This document shows positions 58,932 through 64,000 of a DNA stretch of 64,000 bases, piece after piece. Within the stretch, counting starts at the first letter, position 1; the number at the start of each line of letters is the position of its first letter. Under the pieces are notes generated by a model. That model saw only the letters and a program-made list of their open reading frames with translations. It did no database searches and was not told where the DNA came from. The DNA lies in the NCBI GenBank assembly GCA_963662435.1, contig OY759598.1, positions 1,830,507-1,894,506 on the forward strand. Reading direction: 5' to 3'. This DNA is from Dehalococcoidia bacterium. Its GTDB lineage: Bacteria > Chloroflexota > Dehalococcoidia > Lucifugimonadales > VXLM01. A program made the translations under genes and the position numbers.

Positions 58932-60044
58932 ATGAATACGGAAAAGACGTATCGCGTTGGGTTGATTGGCACGGGGCGGAAGGGAAATGGGCACGCAAGG
59001 GGGTACGTGGGAAATCCCCGGACGGAGCTTGTTGCGGCGGCGGACCCTGATCCGGCGAATTTGGCGATATTCCTGGAGCGGTTCACGGTTGCGTCGTACG
59101 ACGATTACCACGAGATGCTGCGCGTCGAGGACCTCGACATCGCAGCACCGATATTGCCGGTCAAGCCCAATCCCGGCGTGGTGATCGACTGCGCCCGCGC
59201 GGGTGTGAAGGCGATCTATTGTGAGAAGCCGATGGCGGCGAGTCTCGACGAGGCCGACCGGATGGTGGAGGAGACGTCGTCACGAGGCATCGCGTTCGCA
59301 TCGGGGGACGCCTACCGCAATATGCCGCAGCACTGGAAGGTGAAGGCGCTGATCGACTCCGGGGAGCTTGGGCCGGTGCAGAGCATCAACCTGTACCAGC
59401 CGACGAACGAGATCTCTGGCGGCGGGTGCCAGGGGCTCAGCGTCCTACGGCTGTTCGCGGACGACGCGGACGTGGAGTGGGTGACGGGATGGTGCGCGGA
59501 CGATCCATGGAGCGACGAAGACCAGAACATGGGCGGGTACATCAGGTTCGCCAACGGCACCGACGCCTACGTTCACACGAAGCCCTCGCCCCGAGACGGG
59601 ATCGAGGTGGTCTGCGAGAAGGGCATCTATCACACGAGTTGGTACGGCGGGCACCTGTGGAGGGGAGAGGCGCGTGGTGGCCAGTTGGTGGAAGACGCCA
59701 CCTTCTTCGACGAGTTCGGCGGCACGGACTACGGGTGGGTGACGCCAAGTGGACGGAGGCAGCGCGCGGGCATCCAGTCCATCGTCGATTCGCTGGACAA
59801 GGGCATAGAGCCGAGGTGCAGCGGTGACAACATGGGGAAGGTGCTCGAGATCGCCATTGGGTTCCGCGAGTCACACCGCAACGGGTACTCGTCGGTCAGG
59901 TTCCCCATCGAGGACAGGGGCCTGAAGATCGTTCCCAAGCAGGGGCGCTGGCTGAACAAGAAGGAGGTCTACGGCGAGGAGGCGTACTCGGACATGATCT
60001 CAGGCGCGGCCACCAAGCCGATAGACGGGGCAGCGGTGGACTGA
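58932..60044 (+). CDS. Gfo/Idh/MocA family oxidoreductase (paralog of 2725-3843)
   Basis: GTGRKG and CEKPMA. Shares EISGGGCQ and GRWLNK.EVYG with the first copy. Confidence 0.88.
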   Translation: MNTEKTYRVGLIGTGRKGNGHARGYVGNPRTELVAAADPDPANLAIFLERFTVASYDDYHEMLRVEDLDIAAPILPVKPNPGVVIDCARAGVKAIYCEKPMAASLDEADRMVEETSSRGIAFASGDAYRNMPQHWKVKALIDSGELGPVQSINLYQPTNEISGGGCQGLSVLRLFADDADVEWVTGWCADDPWSDEDQNMGGYIRFANGTDAYVHTKPSPRDGIEVVCEKGIYHTSWYGGHLWRGEARGGQLVEDATFFDEFGGTDYGWVTPSGRRQRAGIQSIVDSLDKGIEPRCSGDNMGKVLEIAIGFRESHRNGYSSVRFPIEDRGLKIVPKQGRWLNKKEVYGEEAYSDMISGAATKPIDGAAVD

Positions 60045-60212
60045 GGGGGTATTCACCCTCACCCCAACCTTCTCCCGCGAACGGGAGAGGGGGCAAAACC
60101 GTGGAGGGCGCGATGGGCGTCGATTGGGAAACCGGAACCCTTCGACAAGCTCAGGGTGAACGGGGTTCATGGCTCATTAGGTTGTGAAGCGTGGGAGAAG
60201 GAGACTGCAAGG

Positions 60213-61388
60213 ATGACGTCGAATGGTAAGGGGAATATCGCGAACTGCTCTTGGGGCGACCACCTTGTGTTTGGGGAAGGTGATGGGCTGCTGAGGACGG
60301 TGGAGTCGCTGGAGCGGCGGATGGATGCTTGGCGGGAGGAGCTTGGGGCGGATACCGTTCACTGGCGGCAGGGGCGGACCGGACATGACGACGTGTACAA
60401 GGCGGCGCGGGGGTATGGCGGCAAGAAGCGGCAGCTGTATCCACCGATCACGTGGGACGATTTCGAGGTGGTGCCAAGGCTGTCGCACGAGCGCGGGATG
60501 CGGGCATATGCGTATGTCTCGCTGCTCGACCAGGGGCGTCCGCTTGCGCCGAGGGCGGAGCGCGAGGTGAGTCACCACAATCCGTACCATGGCAAGAACT
60601 TTGCCCGCATGAGCCGTCTGATCAAGGAGCATCCCGAATACAATCTCCAGGACCGCGAAGGGAATAACCATTGGGGCGTCGTGTGCCTTGCGTACCCGGA
60701 GGTGCGCGAGTACATGATCGAGCGGTACCTGAGCGTGGTCGACGGGTATGAGTGGGACGGGGTGTTCGTATGCCTGCGGACGCAGTCGAGACCGGCGGAC
60801 TACGCGGACCAATACGGATTCAACGAGCCAATTCGCAGTGAATTCGAGCGGCTGTATGGGCGGGATATTTCGCACCAGGAGTTTGATCTGCAAGACTGGC
60901 GCGATCTGCAGGGGTCGTACCTGACGACGTTTTTCCGGGAATTGCGGGAGGCGTTGCGGACGAAAGGGATGAGCCTGGCGGTCGGCTGTGCGAGAGGCGA
61001 CATTATTGGGCCTCCCATTGGGAACACGACGTTGGAGTGGCGCAAGTGGTTGAGCGAGGGAATCGTCGATGAGCTGGTGATAGACCAGAGCTCGGTGCAG
61101 TGTCCATCGCTGTGGATTCAGCTCTGGCCGATGCACAGGGGTCACGGCTACCGGCAGAACTACGTCGACGGCTGGGGGCTGTTGTCCCTGGAAGAGGATG
61201 TTTCGTGTAACTACGGGCCGGTTGTGGAGGAGAACGACGCGAGTCTGTATGTGGCCTGGCAGTGGAAGGAGCGTGACGCGGAGTATGAGTCGGCGGTGGC
61301 GTCGCATCCGGAGGTGAGGGGGCTCACGTACAGCACGTTTCGGCATGACAATCCGGGGCCGATAGCTCGCGGGAACTGGTGGGTGTAG
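60213..61388 (+). CDS. Putative glycoside hydrolase-like (GHL10-like TIM barrel) protein
   Basis: AYVSL..., HPEY...D..G, LAYPEVREY, Y.WDGVF and W..WL.EG.VD patterns. ATG at 60213 after AAGGAG. Confidence 0.6.
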   Translation: MTSNGKGNIANCSWGDHLVFGEGDGLLRTVESLERRMDAWREELGADTVHWRQGRTGHDDVYKAARGYGGKKRQLYPPITWDDFEVVPRLSHERGMRAYAYVSLLDQGRPLAPRAEREVSHHNPYHGKNFARMSRLIKEHPEYNLQDREGNNHWGVVCLAYPEVREYMIERYLSVVDGYEWDGVFVCLRTQSRPADYADQYGFNEPIRSEFERLYGRDISHQEFDLQDWRDLQGSYLTTFFRELREALRTKGMSLAVGCARGDIIGPPIGNTTLEWRKWLSEGIVDELVIDQSSVQCPSLWIQLWPMHRGHGYRQNYVDGWGLLSLEEDVSCNYGPVVEENDASLYVAWQWKERDAEYESAVASHPEVRGLTYSTFRHDNPGPIARGNWWV

Positions 61389-61772
61389 GGGGATTCGCCG
61401 CAGAGGGCGCTGAGGGGGCATTCGCCCTCACCCCAATCCTCTCCCGTGATCGGGGGGGGTCACCGCAGAGGGTCCGACCCCCTGCCCTGCACCGCCACTC
61501 TGGTTACCGGCGTTCGCCGGTATGACGGGAGTTACTGACGGGTATAGCGGGGTGCAGGCAGATTTCTTAGATTCCTCACTACGCTTCGCTGCGCTCGGAA
61601 TGACAGGCGCGTTGGTTGCTTGGCGTTTTCGATTCGCGGTAGATATGAACACTGGTCGTTGTGAGGGCCTGAACACCAGCTAGACCAGCGAAATCTGACG
61701 GCGAGCAACGGCCTTGAATCTGGGTTGGGGCCGATGTAGGGTATTGGGCACTTCGTGATGGGGGTACGAGGG

Positions 61773-62216
61773 ATGAACGACTCAAAGGGAGAGGTCGTTG
61801 GTCTACGGGTGAAGCTTGGCCGGCGGCAGCCGATGAGGCAGGTGGGGCCGATGGTGTTCGTGGCGGGCAACGGCATCGAGGGGGACATGCACTTCTCGGA
61901 CAAGCCGCATCAGCAGGGATACCAGGTGCTGCTCATGCAGGAGGAGAACCTCGCCGCTCTCGGGCTTGACCACGGAGTCGTGCGGGAGAACGTCACGACG
62001 GCGGGCATCGACCTGCAGTCCCTTGAGCCGGAGACGCTGTTGGGGCTTGGGGATGAGGTCGTCCTGAGACTTTCGAAGGAGTGCGTCCCGTGTGGTCTGA
62101 TGGACGACATTCGTTCGGGACTTCAGAAGGAGTTGATGGGACGGCGTGGTATGCTGGCCGCGGTGGAAGAGGGAGGCAAGGTGGCGTTGGGCGACGCGGT
62201 GAGGGTGCTCGGGTAG
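61773..62216 (+). CDS. MOSC domain protein
   Basis: GIEGD.H, ENVTT.G, CVPC and RRG..A.V..GG.V..GD motifs. Confidence 0.88.
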   Translation: MNDSKGEVVGLRVKLGRRQPMRQVGPMVFVAGNGIEGDMHFSDKPHQQGYQVLLMQEENLAALGLDHGVVRENVTTAGIDLQSLEPETLLGLGDEVVLRLSKECVPCGLMDDIRSGLQKELMGRRGMLAAVEEGGKVALGDAVRVLG

Positions 62217-62267
62217 AGCCCCATGGGCGGTTTGGCAGCCCAACCCTACGTGAGTTTGGCGATGCGC

Positions 62268-62521
62268 TGTTTTCGTAGGAATAGTTCATAAGGGTTGTTG
62301 CTCTCACCACCTGAAATGAAAAAGGGATTTTCGCCTGACAGGGTCCGAAGACTGGATTCCGGCCTCCGCCGGAATGACGGTGCGGGGGAGTTACGACGGT
62401 TAATTCCGTAGCAATACCTGGTGAGGGTCGCCACCTACACCACCAATGATGGAATTCGCTGTAAGGGCGATTCGCGAATCGCCCCAACGAGAGGTTGGCC
62501 GGTGGAATTATTCATAGCAAA
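62268..62521 (+). mobile_element. Tandem of short IS110-end-bounded, REP-carrying units
   Basis: Right-end-like motifs at 62268-62282, 62401-62415 and 62508-62521. The first two are each followed by hairpin-CACCACC...ATG(A/G)AA. Collinear with 12055-12300. Confidence 0.62.
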
Positions 62522-62541
62522 AACAACTTGAGGTGAATTCG

Positions 62542-63594
62542 TTGGCAAAATCGCAGATTTCGGGAATGGCTCAGACGGTGTTGGGGCCGGTAGACCCCTC
62601 GACGCTGGGGATGACGACGACGCACGAGCATATCTTCATCGACTTCGTCTGCATGTATACGCCTCATACCGAGGCAACCTCCAAGCACCTGGGCGAGGAA
62701 CAGGTGACGATGGAGAACCTTGGGTGGGTGCGATACGACCCGTTCCGCAATATTGACAATCTCGAATTGCTCGACGAGGACATGGCGATCTACGAGATCG
62801 CGCTGTTCGGCCGGGCGGGCGGCGGCACGATAGTGGACGCGACGACCATCGGGATCGGCAGGGACCCGTTAGGACTGGCACGAGTTGCCCGGGCTACGGG
62901 CGTGAACATCGTGATGGGGGCCGGGTACTACGTCGACATCGTGCATCCGGACGATATGGACGCCCGGTCGGAAGACGCGATCACGAAGCAGATAATCGAC
63001 GAGTTGACTGTGGGGATTGGGTCGACGGGCGTGAAGGCCGGGATCATCGGGGAGCTGGGGTGCTCGTGGCCCCTCACTGACAACGAGCGGAAGGTGTTGA
63101 GGGCGGGGGCGCGGGCGCAAAAGGAGACGGGAGCCGGAATTCTGATACATCCCGGGCGGAACCCACGGGCGCCGTTCGAGATTCTGGACATTCTGGAAGG
63201 CGCGGGGGCGGATGCCGGTCGCGTCATCATGGGGCACCTCGACCGGACGGTACACGATCCGGACACCCTGTTGGAGTATGCCAAACGAGGGTCCATGCTG
63301 GAATACGACCTGTTCGGCTGGGAGACGTCGCACTACTCGCTGGGCGCGATCGACATGCTGCACGACGGCCAGCGGCTCGACTACGTTGAGTTGCTCATTG
63401 ACGACGGTCACGTGGACAAGATCGTGCTGGCGCAGGACGTTTTCTGCAAGTCGCGCACCTACTCCTACGGTGGATACGGGTACGGGCATCTGATAGAGAA
63501 CATCGTGCCGAGGATGCGGGACCGGGGAATCCCGGAAGAGCAGATCAACCAGATCATGGTCGAGAATCCGGCGAGGGTGCTTGCGTTTGAGTGA
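62542..63594 (+). CDS. Phosphotriesterase-related protein (close paralog of 16652-17689)
   Basis: QTVLG, HEH, IGELGC, IHPG, MGH and AQD motifs. Probable TTG start at 62542 after GAGGTG. Confidence 0.9.
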   Translation: MAKSQISGMAQTVLGPVDPSTLGMTTTHEHIFIDFVCMYTPHTEATSKHLGEEQVTMENLGWVRYDPFRNIDNLELLDEDMAIYEIALFGRAGGGTIVDATTIGIGRDPLGLARVARATGVNIVMGAGYYVDIVHPDDMDARSEDAITKQIIDELTVGIGSTGVKAGIIGELGCSWPLTDNERKVLRAGARAQKETGAGILIHPGRNPRAPFEILDILEGAGADAGRVIMGHLDRTVHDPDTLLEYAKRGSMLEYDLFGWETSHYSLGAIDMLHDGQRLDYVELLIDDGHVDKIVLAQDVFCKSRTYSYGGYGYGHLIENIVPRMRDRGIPEEQINQIMVENPARVLAFE

Positions 63595-63715
63595 CGCCCC
63601 CTCTCTGTATCTCTCCCCCGCCGAGCGGGGGAGAGACTGTTGAACCTCATGCTTTGAGTATGATGGCACAACCGAGCGTGTGAGACCGTTACAACTACCT
63701 CTCCAGGAGCAACAC

Positions 63716-64000
63716 ATGACGACTGAGGACAGACTCAAGGAACTTGGCATCGAGCTGCCGTCTCCGCAGGCGCCGGCGGCGAACTATGTCCCCGCAGTGC
63801 GGACGGGGAATCTCTTGTATCTTGCAGGCGTGGGGCCTGCGAAGCGGGCGGACGGCACGACGCCAACCGGCAAGGTGGGCGCGGAGCTGACGAAGGAAGA
63901 GGGGTATGAGGCGGCGCGGCTGGTGTGCCTGAATATCATTTCCCGGATGAGAGCGGAGCTTGGAGACCTGGACCGCGTGGTGCGGGTCGTGAAGCTGCTG
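63716..64000 (+). CDS. RidA/YjgF family protein (runs off window end)
   Basis: Manual translation MTTEDRLKELGIELPSPQAPAANYVPAVRTGNLLYLAG...GDLDRVVRVVKLL. AGGAG RBS upstream. Confidence 0.88.
   Translation, partial: MTTEDRLKELGIELPSPQAPAANYVPAVRTGNLLYLAGVGPAKRADGTTPTGKVGAELTKEEGYEAARLVCLNIISRMRAELGDLDRVVRVVKLL

Noticed and set aside
61620..61750. Possible Moco riboswitch upstream of the MOSC gene
   Set aside because: There is one CTGGTC/GACCAG stem but no recognisable Moco RNA motifs.

Overview
GC-rich bacterial chromosomal segment. The gene content suggests Chloroflexota, probably Dehalococcoidia/SAR202-like; this is an inference from the expanded LLM, Gfo/Idh/MocA and phosphotriesterase paralogs, DUF1800, and a T-box upstream of ilvB. 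Housekeeping genes (folD, metF, acpS, rplU-rpmA-rpmE, thiL, ispE, etfBA, ilvB-ilvN-ilvC, leuA) are interspersed with many catabolic enzymes and a four-gene FtsX/MacB-type ABC system. No rRNA, tRNA or CRISPR array was seen. The intergenic DNA is full of palindromic repeats and composite miniature elements. The most striking locus is 13.3-16.5 kb. An IS4 element with an exact 10-bp target duplication sits inside a palindrome, next to an intact IS110 recombinase gene. The roughly 210-nt 5' non-coding region of the IS110 folds into two internal-loop arms. Their loop sequences match the element's own empty target site and its right end, which fits a bridge RNA. Copies of the same IS110 end/junction sequence also occur without any transposase at about 12.05-12.30, 13.5 and 62.27-62.52 kb. 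There they delimit tandem 105-135 bp palindrome-carrying units, suggesting IS110-built arrays of non-autonomous cassettes.
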